Source: Candidatus Daviesbacteria bacterium (GTDB taxonomy: Bacteria; Patescibacteriota; Microgenomatia; Daviesbacterales; UBA10151). Taken from it: a DNA stretch of 37,443 nt. The DNA is taken from assembly GCA_016186985.1 (NCBI GenBank), contig JACPKO010000061.1, positions 1 through 37,443 on the forward strand. Direction: 5' to 3'. Numbering within the stretch: position 1 is the stretch's first letter; every line of letters begins with the position of its first letter. This document shows, piece after piece, positions 1-9,484 of the stretch. Both the position numbers and the translations under genes were made by a program. Below the pieces are notes generated by a model that saw only the letters and a list, made by a program, of their open reading frames with translations, did no database searches and was not told the origin of the DNA.

Positions 1-438
1 AGAATCAAGAATTATGGATCCCGACTGAGTCGAGGCTCGCCAAAGGCGGCAAGAGTCAAGGAAAAGCAGGAAACAAGTGAGCTTGTTATTGATAAGTTGA
101 TTGAAAAGTTAAAGCGCAAAGGTCTTATTAATGATTTGGAATTTGCAAAAGCCTGGGTTGAGTCAAGAAGTAAGAAAAAAGGGACTATCGCTTTAAAATC
201 GGAATTATTCCAAAAGGGGATTGATAGGGAAATTGTTGAAGAGGTTATTAGTTCATGGTTTACGGTTCATGGTCAAGAGCAAACTGCAAAAACACTACTG
301 GAAAAAAGAATAGAGCGCTGGAAAAATTTACCGGAAAAAGAAATTAAGCAAAAAGCTTTAAGGTTTTTGCAAAGTAGAGGATTTGATTATGATACTTCAA
401 AAGAGGTTATTGAAAATATACTAGAAGAAGGAGTATAA
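1..438 (+). CDS. recX: Regulatory protein RecX, 5' end cut by the window edge
   Basis: Frame 1 is open from base 1, so the TTG at 97 in the ORF track is probably internal. Helical-repeat pattern typical of RecX: LINDLEFAKAWVESR, LKSELFQKGID, ALRFLQSRGFDYD. Confidence 0.75.
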   Translation, partial: RIKNYGSRLSRGSPKAARVKEKQETSELVIDKLIEKLKRKGLINDLEFAKAWVESRSKKKGTIALKSELFQKGIDREIVEEVISSWFTVHGQEQTAKTLLEKRIERWKNLPEKEIKQKALRFLQSRGFDYDTSKEVIENILEEGV

Positions 439-658
439 TTACCTTATAGTAGTAAAGAAGAGCCTGAAAATGGTAATTACTAATTTGAACTATCTTCAAA
501 TTTAAATTTTAACGCCTTGGGCGTCTTCTTTGCGAATTTAATTTTCAAAAAATAAGAACCTGCTTCGTGCTTCGGTATGAAAAATTATACCTCGCACTTA
601 CAGAACCTTGCTTTTTTAAATCTTCGGATTTATAAAGGCAATAGAAAGATTTAAAAAA

Positions 659-2032
659 GTGAAAAGAACATTCGGATCACCAAACCAACCTTATCAGTCT
701 TCTTCCTCCGAGCCCAGAGCTGATGTATCTTCTGAAACTGAACACTTCGACGAGCTCAGTGCAAGGCTTGCAAAGCGCGAGGGAATACTGGAAGAGCGTG
801 AAAGGCTAATTGCAGAAAAACTGAAATCAGTTGATGAAAAACTGGAATCTTTAGAAAAAATAAGAAAAGATTTAGTCACAAAACTTGAAAAGTCTGCAGA
901 GATGGATGCAGAGGAGGCCAAAAAAATCCTTCTGGAGAATGTTGAAAAAGATTTAGCTTCAGATATCAGTAAAAAAATTAAAGAAGCAGAGGACGAAATT
1001 AAATTTACCGTTGATGAAAAAGCCAAAAGAGTTTTGGCAGAAAGCATGTATCATGGCGTAACCGATTATATTTCCGAGTACACAACCTCGACTATTAAAT
1101 TACCTGATGAAGAAATGAAGGGTCGGATCATAGGTAAAGAAGGACGCAATATAAAGGCTTTTGAACAATCAACAGGTGTCGATGTGGTAATGGATGATGA
1201 ACTTCCGGATACTTTAATCTTATCCTCATTCGATCCAGTTAGACGCGAAATAGCTAAGGTTTCTTTGGAAAGACTTATGGCAGACGGAAGGATTCAACCC
1301 CAAAGGATCGAGGAGATTGTTGAAAAAACCCGCGAAGATATCGAAAAAATCATGTACCAGGCAGGTGAAAAGCTTTGCTACGATGCGGGGGTTTTTAATC
1401 TGCAGAAAGAAGTTATCGCCATGCTGGGAAGGTTTAAGTACCGCTTCTCGTTCGGCCAAAACTTAATCCAGCATTCTCTTGAGCTTGTAAAAGTCGGTAC
1501 GGCTATAGCGAGAGAACTAGGGGCGGACGTAAATATTGTACGTTTAGGGTGCCTGCTTCATGATATCGGTAAAGTTGTAACAGATGGAGACGAAGGGACG
1601 CATGTTGAAAAGGGGGTTATATTTGCACGCAAGCATGCAATACCTGAAAAAGTTATTGATTGTATTGCCCAGCACCACGAAGACGAGCCATTTTCATTGG
1701 TTGAATCAATAATAGTAGCAATTGCGGATGGCGTCTCGGGAGGCAGGCCAGGTGCAAGGCACGAAAATGTTCAGGATTACTTTAAAAGATTAAACGATAT
1801 CGAAAGGATTGCAACTTCCTTTGACGGGGTTGATAAAGCGTTTGCAGTTCAGGCCGGACGCGAAGTAAGAGTTATTGTTATGCCGGATAGAGTTTCCGAT
1901 GACGAGCTTCCTAAGTTAGTCCGCGATATTGGTGTTCAAATCCAAAAGGAAGTTATGGTGCCGGGAGCGGTTAAAATAACCGCAGTCCGGGAAACCCGCG
2001 CCCAAGAATCATTCTTGACTTCAGGCAGCTAG
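659..2032 (+). CDS. rny: Ribonuclease Y (KH + HD domains), GTG start, no N-terminal membrane helix
   Basis: KH motif GRIIGKEGRNIKAFEQSTGVDV. HD domain LLHDIGK...AQHHE...IADGVSGGRPGAR. N-terminal coiled-coil region. In-frame stop at 617-619 closes the frame upstream. Confidence 0.9.
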   Translation: MKRTFGSPNQPYQSSSSEPRADVSSETEHFDELSARLAKREGILEERERLIAEKLKSVDEKLESLEKIRKDLVTKLEKSAEMDAEEAKKILLENVEKDLASDISKKIKEAEDEIKFTVDEKAKRVLAESMYHGVTDYISEYTTSTIKLPDEEMKGRIIGKEGRNIKAFEQSTGVDVVMDDELPDTLILSSFDPVRREIAKVSLERLMADGRIQPQRIEEIVEKTREDIEKIMYQAGEKLCYDAGVFNLQKEVIAMLGRFKYRFSFGQNLIQHSLELVKVGTAIARELGADVNIVRLGCLLHDIGKVVTDGDEGTHVEKGVIFARKHAIPEKVIDCIAQHHEDEPFSLVESIIVAIADGVSGGRPGARHENVQDYFKRLNDIERIATSFDGVDKAFAVQAGREVRVIVMPDRVSDDELPKLVRDIGVQIQKEVMVPGAVKITAVRETRAQESFLTSGS

Positions 2033-3432
2033 TTAACTCTCCTTTTAAAGATATGTAAACTTTTTTCTTGATGGATTTCTTGCCAGGCTTGATCCTGTTT
2101 TAGGTCTGCCAATCTTTGTTGTAATTCCCCGGGTCCCATAAAGTAATAGGCTAAGCTTGTATCAACAACAATATACTCAGAATCGAGGATTTCCGGATAC
2201 AAATAAATTTTTTCCCTATTTATAAGATGCGGCACAATAGGAGATTGGGCGGAAACCGGGCTATTTTTAGGGATTATCTTCAAACCGTTATTTATATAGT
2301 TAAAGCGGGATAGATCAGGAGGCTTTGATTGTAGGGTTGAAATGATCAAACTGTTAGGCGCAAGGCCTGAGGTAAACAAGAAAAATAATAGCAGGATGAT
2401 TACTGGTTTGTGCGGAATATTAAACGATTTAATCCCGAATATGGCGCTATACGCTAAAAATGGTTCTAAATTAATATTGTGATGGAATTCGGTACCCCAC
2501 ATTTGAATATAACTTGAGGTAAATCTTAGGTATAAATAAGGAAATACTGCTAACCAGCTAAAAGGTGAAAGTATCGGCATAAAGGCAAATCCTTTGTAAA
2601 GGGCAAAAAAAGTCCCGAGTTTAACCTGACTGTTAAAAAGTTGATCTAAAAATATTCCCGGCCTGATGATCAAGAGGTAAATTAGTTCTAACGGACTGGT
2701 AAGAGGGAGAATAGAGGTCGATATATAAGCTTGGTCAGCGCCTTCCCAAATTAGAGGCATAAGAAAAAACTTAATAAAAATAAAAGAAATTACAGAAAAA
2801 ATTAATGTTGATATCCCTGCAAGCCTTTGTTTTTTTAACAGCTGGAATAACCCCAAACCAAAAATGAAAATTGGGATATCCTCTTTAAACAATAAACTAA
2901 AAACCAGGGTTATCCAGTAAAATTTCCACCTCTTAAAATGCCAAAAGTAGACAATTAACGATAAGGGCAAAACTGAGATTGTGGCAAGATGGAAATCGAA
3001 ATTAATAGCGGTAAGGACACCTATTGAGGTCAGATACGAAAGACTAACCAGGAAACTAAGCAATTTATTTTTTAACAGGTTAAGGGAAACCAGATATATC
3101 GGTATAGAAGCCAGGCTAACAAAAAGGGCCTGTATTATTAACAAAGTAACAGGGGATGGAAAGATTCTGTATAAGGGCGCAAAAAAAATTAAAATGGGTC
3201 CAAAATGGTCTCCCAGCAAGTTCATATGTTTTAGCGTGTTATAAAAAATACCCTGTCCGTAAAGGTAGGTGGATTGGGTATAAATTCCTAAATCAAAGGC
3301 ATGGGAATCATATTGAAGATGTTTTTTTAAGGAATGATAGGTATAAAACAGGAAAAAGAATAAGTTTAAAATCAGCAGAACGATATAATTTTTGCTAAAA
3401 AAATTCCTGAAGTTATACAAAAAATACTTCAT
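2029..3432 (-). CDS. DUF2079-family polytopic membrane protein (GT-C-like putative glycosyltransferase)
   Basis: Multi-TM protein with AFDLGIYTQ and GDHFGPILIFFAPLY motifs, which I recognise from DUF2079. Confidence 0.6.
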   Translation of the reverse strand: MKYFLYNFRNFFSKNYIVLLILNLFFFLFYTYHSLKKHLQYDSHAFDLGIYTQSTYLYGQGIFYNTLKHMNLLGDHFGPILIFFAPLYRIFPSPVTLLIIQALFVSLASIPIYLVSLNLLKNKLLSFLVSLSYLTSIGVLTAINFDFHLATISVLPLSLIVYFWHFKRWKFYWITLVFSLLFKEDIPIFIFGLGLFQLLKKQRLAGISTLIFSVISFIFIKFFLMPLIWEGADQAYISTSILPLTSPLELIYLLIIRPGIFLDQLFNSQVKLGTFFALYKGFAFMPILSPFSWLAVFPYLYLRFTSSYIQMWGTEFHHNINLEPFLAYSAIFGIKSFNIPHKPVIILLLFFLFTSGLAPNSLIISTLQSKPPDLSRFNYINNGLKIIPKNSPVSAQSPIVPHLINREKIYLYPEILDSEYIVVDTSLAYYFMGPGELQQRLADLKQDQAWQEIHQEKSLHIFKRRVN

Positions 3433-3457
3433 GAAAGTAGGTATTTAAAGAGAAGTC

Positions 3458-3487
3458 TTTACAACTAGATAGTTTATTTGTTATAAC
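3458..3487 (+). promoter_or_regulatory. Sigma70-like promoter for hup
   Basis: TTTACA (3458-3463), 17-18 nt spacer, then TTATAA/TATAAC (3481-3487), about 14 nt upstream of the hup ATG. Confidence 0.35.
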
Positions 3488-3500
3488 ATAACCCAATCAT

Positions 3501-3773
3501 ATGACAAAGAATCAACTTATCGAGAAAGTCGCAAAGAAATCACATCTTACCAAAAGGGCAGCTGCGGATGCTGTCAATTCTGTTTTTGCTTTAATTAGAG
3601 ATAATTTAGTCAGGGGAGAAAAAACAATCATAACCGGGTTTGGTACATTCCTGGTTCGCCAAAGAGCAGCAAGGCGGGGCAGAAACCCGCAGACTGGCCA
3701 AGCGATCCAGATCCCTTCCAAAAAACTCCCGTCGTTCGTTGCAGGGAAGACCATCAAACGTCACGTAAGATAA
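3501..3773 (+). CDS. hup: HU-family DNA-binding protein
   Basis: 90 aa. Motifs GFGTFLVRQRAARRGRNPQTGQAIQIPSKKLPSF are diagnostic of HU/IHF. Confidence 0.92.
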   Translation: MTKNQLIEKVAKKSHLTKRAAADAVNSVFALIRDNLVRGEKTIITGFGTFLVRQRAARRGRNPQTGQAIQIPSKKLPSFVAGKTIKRHVR

Positions 3774-3788
3774 TTTGCCAAAATATTC

Positions 3789-5084
3789 TTACGGGGCAAA
3801 TGGATTTTTTGCAAGATTGGTATCAAAAAATTTTACAAAAATTTCTTTTGGTAAAGGTATTCCTGTAAGAATTGGATAAACTAATAAAAATCCAAGCAGA
3901 ATTAAAATTAAGATTATTATCCCCAGCCATTTTGAATTTGTTTGCTCCTTTATCAAACTGATTTGATAGCCTAACGACAGAGATAAAAATGGGACTGAAG
4001 GGCTGTAGTGGTATAAAAACATAATCCTAGGAGAGAAAATCCACGGCAGCCAAAAAACAAAAAAACCAAGTAAAATAATCAAGTATTTGTCCCTCGGGTT
4101 TAAATGAAGCTTATGATATTCATGTTCAGTATATTTTGTTCGTAGGGTCAATATGAAATCATAAACTGTTATTAAAACTGCACCAACCCCAAGCCAGAAA
4201 AGGATCGGATTACCGGAAGCAAAAATATTACTGATAAGTCCGTTTTTGTGATACTCAACAAAATACCAGACAGGGTAAAGGTTAAGAGGCCAGGACCAGG
4301 CCGGTGAGGCGTAGTCATGAGTGGCCTTTAGATTGGAATGATACCACCAGATTTGTTTTTGCAATTCGATGAATTGATCTGTTGAATGCCCCAAAATAAA
4401 AAAAGGCAAATAAGTTATTAAGTAAATTACCGGTGCGAAAATGAGGATATACAAAAAGGCTTTGGCAACTTCTTTGAGGCTAAACCTTCCTGTTATAAAA
4501 AAGTAAAAGAGTATTATGGAGTTTAAGCCCAATAGGTAAGCGGCAGACCATTTGCTGGCAAAAGCAAACCCCAAAAAAATCGCTGAAAAAAAGAACCTTT
4601 TATTCAAAAGAAATAAAAAACTGGCTAGAGAAAATGTCACCAAATAAATATCGTTCATACCGGTTCTGGACTGGACAAAATTTAACCCGTCCAGCGAAAA
4701 GATAAATGCAGAAATAAGCCCGGTGTTTTTGCCAAAAATCCTTTCACCAATTTTATAAACTAAAAAAACGCTTATAATTCCTAAAATTGCCCCTGGTAAT
4801 CTCCAGCCCCAAGCATCTGTGGATGAAACCAAAAACATTGAAGCTGTCATTGCCTCTTTTGCAAGAGGCGGGTGGGTCCACTCAAATGCAACACCGGGAG
4901 GGGGAGTTGTCCACCACTCCCAAGCTTCTTTTGAACCCTTCAAATATTCTTTAGCGGTAAATCCGTGATAAACCTCATCAAAAACATAAGCGTTGGGATA
5001 ATCAAGCCTGAAAAGCCGGAGAAAAAGGCTAAGAAGTAAAATTAGAATCAGTATTCTATTAGATTTTAAAAACCTAGTGACCAT
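3789..5084 (-). CDS. Phospholipid-carrier-dependent glycosyltransferase, PMT/GT39 family
   Basis: N-terminal TM followed by loop-1 FDEVYH(G)FTAKEYL and HPPLAK motifs, then more than 8 TM helices. Confidence 0.75.
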   Translation of the reverse strand: MVTRFLKSNRILILILLLSLFLRLFRLDYPNAYVFDEVYHGFTAKEYLKGSKEAWEWWTTPPPGVAFEWTHPPLAKEAMTASMFLVSSTDAWGWRLPGAILGIISVFLVYKIGERIFGKNTGLISAFIFSLDGLNFVQSRTGMNDIYLVTFSLASFLFLLNKRFFFSAIFLGFAFASKWSAAYLLGLNSIILFYFFITGRFSLKEVAKAFLYILIFAPVIYLITYLPFFILGHSTDQFIELQKQIWWYHSNLKATHDYASPAWSWPLNLYPVWYFVEYHKNGLISNIFASGNPILFWLGVGAVLITVYDFILTLRTKYTEHEYHKLHLNPRDKYLIILLGFFVFWLPWIFSPRIMFLYHYSPSVPFLSLSLGYQISLIKEQTNSKWLGIIILILILLGFLLVYPILTGIPLPKEIFVKFFDTNLAKNPFAP

Positions 5085-6315
5085 GTTTTCTACTTATGAC
5101 AATTCTTGATATGGTAATGGTTATCAGCAAAAAAAGTAAGGTGGATATTGCCGACATAAATTTACCTTGGGTTTCCAAGAATTCATAAAGTTGAGGTATA
5201 TACAACACTTTAGGTAGTTTTAAATAAAATTCGTTATAGTAAACATAAACATAATACAAATTAATTAAATGTAAAGCGCTTAAAATTATTGTAGATATGA
5301 TTAAAAATTTAGATTTAAACTGTAAAGAGATTAAAATTAAAAACGGTATTGCTGAAAAAAGATACCGTTCGTGAACGCGGGTAGGTAGAAAAAAGAAAGC
5401 AAAAAATGCTAAAGTCGATAAAGTGAAAGCGTCAAATTTTCTTTTAAAAAACAGCAAATAAAAGAAAATCCAAAAAACAGAAAGCAAAATTAAGCCCCAA
5501 ATTCTGTAAGAAAGAAATGCTATCTTTACTGAGTCATCTATCCAAAATCCAAATATTCCCCATGTGTTATATGCAAATAATGAATTACCTTTATAATCTT
5601 GGGCCATGTTTATAAAAAGATTGAAAAATCCAAAAATCGGGTCGTTTGGGAAATACGGTAAAGATAAAACTACCAAGGTAAAGAGTGTGGGTATCGAAAT
5701 TTTTAAAACATTGGAAATAGAAAAGTTTTTTAAAACAAATAAACCGAAAACAGGAACAATAGCTATTGCCTGAGGCTTGATTAGTAACGCTATTGCAAAA
5801 TAAACCGAGGAGGAAATAAGTTTTTTTTGGGCAAGATAATATATAGAAAGAAAAAGAAATAATGTTAATAATCCGTCAAATGCCCCCCAGATGCTTGCAT
5901 TAAAAACTAGAACGGGATTAAAAATACAAAAGATTAAACCATAAAAGGCAATCTTTCTGGAAGATGTCGTAAGTAGCTGTTTGTAAATGAAATAAGAAAG
6001 AACTAAATCCGCGATAATGGATGGAATTTTAAGTAAATAGTAAAACTGCTCCCCATCCAAAGATAAAATCTTTCTGAGGATTCCCAGAAAGTAAAAAACA
6101 TAGATCATACCGGGCGTATAGCTGGTCCATATATCAGGAGAGTAAAAGTTCGAAAAACCCTCTTGAACTATCCTAATGCTCCAGGCAAAAAAAGTGTCGG
6201 TATCAACGTGGAAACCAGGAAAGGTCGCGAAAATCAACCGTATCAGGAAACCTGACAGCAATAAATAATAAAGTATTAAATTTTTCCTTAAGTTATTTAT
6301 GATTTTTGTAAACAT
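5074..6315 (-). CDS. GT-C fold membrane glycosyl/mannosyltransferase (ArnT/PMT/Gpi18-like)
   Basis: Polytopic protein. First extracytoplasmic loop has HVDTDTFFAWS (acidic DxD-like motif). Overlaps its neighbours by 11 and 23 nt, which suggests one operon. Confidence 0.5.
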   Translation of the reverse strand: MFTKIINNLRKNLILYYLLLSGFLIRLIFATFPGFHVDTDTFFAWSIRIVQEGFSNFYSPDIWTSYTPGMIYVFYFLGILRKILSLDGEQFYYLLKIPSIIADLVLSYFIYKQLLTTSSRKIAFYGLIFCIFNPVLVFNASIWGAFDGLLTLFLFLSIYYLAQKKLISSSVYFAIALLIKPQAIAIVPVFGLFVLKNFSISNVLKISIPTLFTLVVLSLPYFPNDPIFGFFNLFINMAQDYKGNSLFAYNTWGIFGFWIDDSVKIAFLSYRIWGLILLSVFWIFFYLLFFKRKFDAFTLSTLAFFAFFFLPTRVHERYLFSAIPFLILISLQFKSKFLIISTIILSALHLINLYYVYVYYNEFYLKLPKVLYIPQLYEFLETQGKFMSAISTLLFLLITITISRIVISRKHGH

Positions 6316-7528
6316 CTACTCCTATCCTTATCCCGAGGACGATTAACAGAAAGTTAGAAATCAAAACTGTCCAAAGTAACAATAAATCAATATTGCCTGT
6401 ATTTAATACAGCCAGCCAGCCCGAATAGTTTAGTGGATAAATAAATGTATGTAAAATCGTTGTAACGATTATTAAGAAAATACTAATAATCCACCCTTTT
6501 CTAAGAAGTATTTTCAAATCGATGAGAGGTACCATAAATAAAAACCAGGCTAAATACTGATTGGATAAAACTTTTGAAAGTAATAAAAATACTAAAAGGA
6601 TGAATGTCAAAAATCTGTAATCTATTTTTTCCCATGACTTGTTTTTTATAAAGTATAAAAGATTAAAAATTCCAAAAGGTAAAACCCAAAAGTAATTAAA
6701 AAATTGTATTGAAGGATAGATAGAAGCCCGCGCTATGGCATTGATTCCGTAAGCACTTTCCATTCCCGGCAAATTTTGACCTGATACAAAATGGAAAAAA
6801 TAAATTAAAGAAGCCCAAATACTTTCTGTTGCAACAGATTTTAAACTGTGAAAGTTATAGCTTGCCCAGGTATCGAATAAGTTGATTTGCAGAAAATATG
6901 TATATTCTAAAAGGTATATTAAAAAGGCTGCAAGAAAAGTTAAGAATAAATAAAGTGGTTCCAGTTTTTTCCCTTGTTTAAAACTTTGAAACAATAAATA
7001 TGGCAAGAAAATAATTGGATATACTTTAGTAATAACTGCAAAGGCAAGGACGATCATAGCAATTTCTTTTCTTTTCTTTTCCCAGAGATAAAAACTGAAA
7101 ACCGTCAAAAGAATCACCAAAAAATCAAAACGGAATAAAAGGATAGGACCTAAGAATATAAGGAAAAGAGACATTAAAAAAACCCCGGAGGTTTTATGCA
7201 TTTTTATTAAAAGGAGGGCATATAAAATAAAAAAAATCGAATTGGCGAAAAATAGTGCCCATTTAAAAGCCTCAACGGATTTCTCAATCAAAAATACCGG
7301 GGTCAAAGTTATAAAAAAAGTAATAGCGCCAGGTTGGTATTCGTTGTAGCCTAAATTTTTTAGCGTCTGGTGGTCCCAGAAAAAACTTGCCCGGTCAAAA
7401 AAAGCAAAAACATCAGGGTAAAGATGCATGTAGTATGCAGGGTGCATTCCCTGAAAAATAATATAGATTATTGAGATTGTAAGTGAGAGAATGCTTAAAA
7501 GTTTCACAAAGAATAAATTGTTAGTCAT
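6293..7528 (-). CDS. GT-C-like membrane protein (DUF2029/GT87-like)
   Basis: Polytopic. YPDVFAFFDRASFFW loop and KVYPIIFLPYLL motif. Start set at MTNNLFF (7528) instead of 7552 to reduce overlap with divergent miaA. Confidence 0.45.
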   Translation of the reverse strand: MTNNLFFVKLLSILSLTISIIYIIFQGMHPAYYMHLYPDVFAFFDRASFFWDHQTLKNLGYNEYQPGAITFFITLTPVFLIEKSVEAFKWALFFANSIFFILYALLLIKMHKTSGVFLMSLFLIFLGPILLFRFDFLVILLTVFSFYLWEKKRKEIAMIVLAFAVITKVYPIIFLPYLLFQSFKQGKKLEPLYLFLTFLAAFLIYLLEYTYFLQINLFDTWASYNFHSLKSVATESIWASLIYFFHFVSGQNLPGMESAYGINAIARASIYPSIQFFNYFWVLPFGIFNLLYFIKNKSWEKIDYRFLTFILLVFLLLSKVLSNQYLAWFLFMVPLIDLKILLRKGWIISIFLIIVTTILHTFIYPLNYSGWLAVLNTGNIDLLLLWTVLISNFLLIVLGIRIGVDVYKNHK

Positions 7529-8456
7529 TTTAGGACCAACCTCAACAGGCAAAACCGATTTAGCTATTTCTATTGCAGAAAAACTAAATGGAGAGATAGT
7601 ATCAGCGGACTCTAGACAAGTTTATAAATATTTAAACATTGGAACTGGCAAACTGCCGATTAACGAGGTGGATGTCAAAAAGAAAAATGGCTTTTGGATA
7701 ATGAATGGTATTAAAGTTTGGTTGTATGATCTATTAGATCCGCAACTTCAATTCAATCTGTACGAATATATCCTTGAGGCGAAGGATGTTATAAAAAAAA
7801 TTTCAGAATCTGGCAAATTTCCAATCCTGGTTGGCGGTACAGGCCTCTACATCCGATCTCTTTTAGAGGGAGTTTCGGATTTTGGAACTGAAAAAAAAAC
7901 TGATCTAAGAAAGGAACTAGAAGGTCTAGATATTCAAGAAATTATAAATAGAATTCTCCTATTAAATCCTAAAATTCTGGAAAATCTGAATAATTCAGAG
8001 GCTAAGAACGCAAGACGACTTATTAGAATTTTTGAGAAATTAAGCAGTCCTTCAGAAACTAAAAGAACATTTTTTGGAATCCGAAAACACTTTAATGTTT
8101 TAAAAGTAGGATTAAAAGTAGACAGAAAAATCTTAAGAGAAAAAATAAGGCAACGGGTTTTATTAAGGATTGATCAAGGTATGCTAGAGGAATCTGAAAA
8201 TTTAATAACCCGCGAAATATTGACCTATGAAAGAATGGAGGAGCTAGGCCTGGAGTATAAATATATTGCTAAATTCCTAAAAGGAGAGATAAAAAGTGAA
8301 AAAGAATTAGTTGAAATTCTTAGTTTAAAAATTGGACAGTTTGCCAAACGCCAAATGACCTGGTTTAAAAGGGAAAAGGGAGTTTTCTGGTTTGATATCT
8401 CTGAAAAAAATTTTATGGAAAAAGTGGAAAAGAAAGTTAGGGATTGGTACAATTAG
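7491..8456 (+). CDS. miaA: tRNA dimethylallyltransferase
   Basis: P-loop ILGPTSTGKTDLAI, SADSRQVYKYLNIGTGK and GGTGLYIRSLLEG. Confidence 0.9.
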   Translation: MLKSFTKNKLLVILGPTSTGKTDLAISIAEKLNGEIVSADSRQVYKYLNIGTGKLPINEVDVKKKNGFWIMNGIKVWLYDLLDPQLQFNLYEYILEAKDVIKKISESGKFPILVGGTGLYIRSLLEGVSDFGTEKKTDLRKELEGLDIQEIINRILLLNPKILENLNNSEAKNARRLIRIFEKLSSPSETKRTFFGIRKHFNVLKVGLKVDRKILREKIRQRVLLRIDQGMLEESENLITREILTYERMEELGLEYKYIAKFLKGEIKSEKELVEILSLKIGQFAKRQMTWFKREKGVFWFDISEKNFMEKVEKKVRDWYN

Positions 8457-8477
8457 AAGAGACCGATTGCTAGAAGT

Positions 8478-9479
8478 ATGAATAGAAAAATCGACATATC
8501 CCATAAAACAATATTCTTTATTGCGGCTTTTCTGGCCTTGCTTTGGGCGATTTTTCTAATTAAAGACGTAATTATCTTACTTTTTATTGCCGTAATTTTT
8601 ATGTCAGCCCTTTCACCGGCAGTAAATAGGCTGGAGAGGTTAAAGGTTCCTAAATCACTGGCGATTGCTTTAGTTTATGTCGTGATTATAGCAATTGCCA
8701 GTTCGCTCATTTCTTTTGTGGTTACTCCCCTAGCAGAACAAACAACCAATCTTTTAACTAACTTTCCGCGATACTTAAATACGATTATTCCGGAAACCGG
8801 GTTTATCGACAGGACAGTGCTCCAGCAGGAATTCGGCAATTTTTCAAAAAATGCAATTGAAGTCAGCTTCACAATATTTAGCAATATGTTGGCCTTTATT
8901 TCGATCGCTGTTTTAACTTTTTACATGCTTTTAGAAAGGGACAAGCTTGATAAGATGTTGGCGCAATTCTTTTTGGGAAAGGAAGAAAGAATTAAAAAAA
9001 CCACCAAAAGGATTGAGGAAAAATTAGGTTCCTGGATGCGGGGACAACTCGTTTTAACCTTGATTATTGGAACTACTTCTTTTATTGGACTGACAGTTTT
9101 AGGTGTGCCATACGCTTTACCTCTGGCAATACTTGCCGGAATTTTAGAAATTATTCCGGTTATCGGACCGATCATTTCTGCTATACCCGCGGTTATGATT
9201 GCCTATTTAATCTCTCCGTTTATGGCTCTAACTGTAGGTTTACTTTATCTTATTATTCAGCAGCTGGAAAATCATCTGATAGTCCCCCAGGTTATGAAAA
9301 AAGCCGTTGGGTTAAACCCACTCGCAGTAATAATCGCAGTAGCTATCGGAGGACGTCTTTTAGGTATTTCGGGCGCGCTTTTGGCTGTACCAATAACAGT
9401 AGTTGTGCAGATTATCATGGAAGATTTAATAACTCCGAATGAGGTAGAAGAGGCAGAAAAAAAGATAATTGACGGTTAA
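8478..9479 (+). CDS. AI-2E family transporter (PerM/UPF0118)
   Basis: 8-TM architecture. C-terminal IPVIGPIISAIPAV and LENHLIVPQVM motifs. Confidence 0.85.
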   Translation: MNRKIDISHKTIFFIAAFLALLWAIFLIKDVIILLFIAVIFMSALSPAVNRLERLKVPKSLAIALVYVVIIAIASSLISFVVTPLAEQTTNLLTNFPRYLNTIIPETGFIDRTVLQQEFGNFSKNAIEVSFTIFSNMLAFISIAVLTFYMLLERDKLDKMLAQFFLGKEERIKKTTKRIEEKLGSWMRGQLVLTLIIGTTSFIGLTVLGVPYALPLAILAGILEIIPVIGPIISAIPAVMIAYLISPFMALTVGLLYLIIQQLENHLIVPQVMKKAVGLNPLAVIIAVAIGGRLLGISGALLAVPITVVVQIIMEDLITPNEVEEAEKKIIDG

Positions 9480-9484
9480 AAATT

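Noticed and set aside
512-530. Short hairpin ACGCC-TTG-GGCGT followed by a T-rich tract, considered as the recX terminator.
   Set aside because: With a 5-bp stem, a 3-nt loop and an interrupted T tract it is plausible but too weak to list as a feature.
577-654. 25-codon ORF (MKNYTSHLQNLAFLNLRIYKGNRKI) upstream of rny, considered as a leader peptide or a lost RNase Y membrane anchor.
   Set aside because: It has no hydrophobic helix, no SD, no codon bias towards a regulatory amino acid and no associated alternative hairpins.
694-1047. 117-aa antisense ORF within rny. The same applies to similar antisense ORFs at 1226-1459, 3512-3757, 21134-21649, 24262-24621 and elsewhere.
   Set aside because: These are low-complexity Ser/Leu/Phe-rich translations opposite well-supported genes, which is typical of shadow ORFs in AT-rich coding DNA.
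7491-7552. 62-nt head-to-head overlap of miaA and the GT-C-like gene.
   Set aside because: This is most likely a start-codon artefact of longest-ORF calling. The internal start at 7528 shortens the overlap but does not remove it. I saw no evidence of real dual coding.
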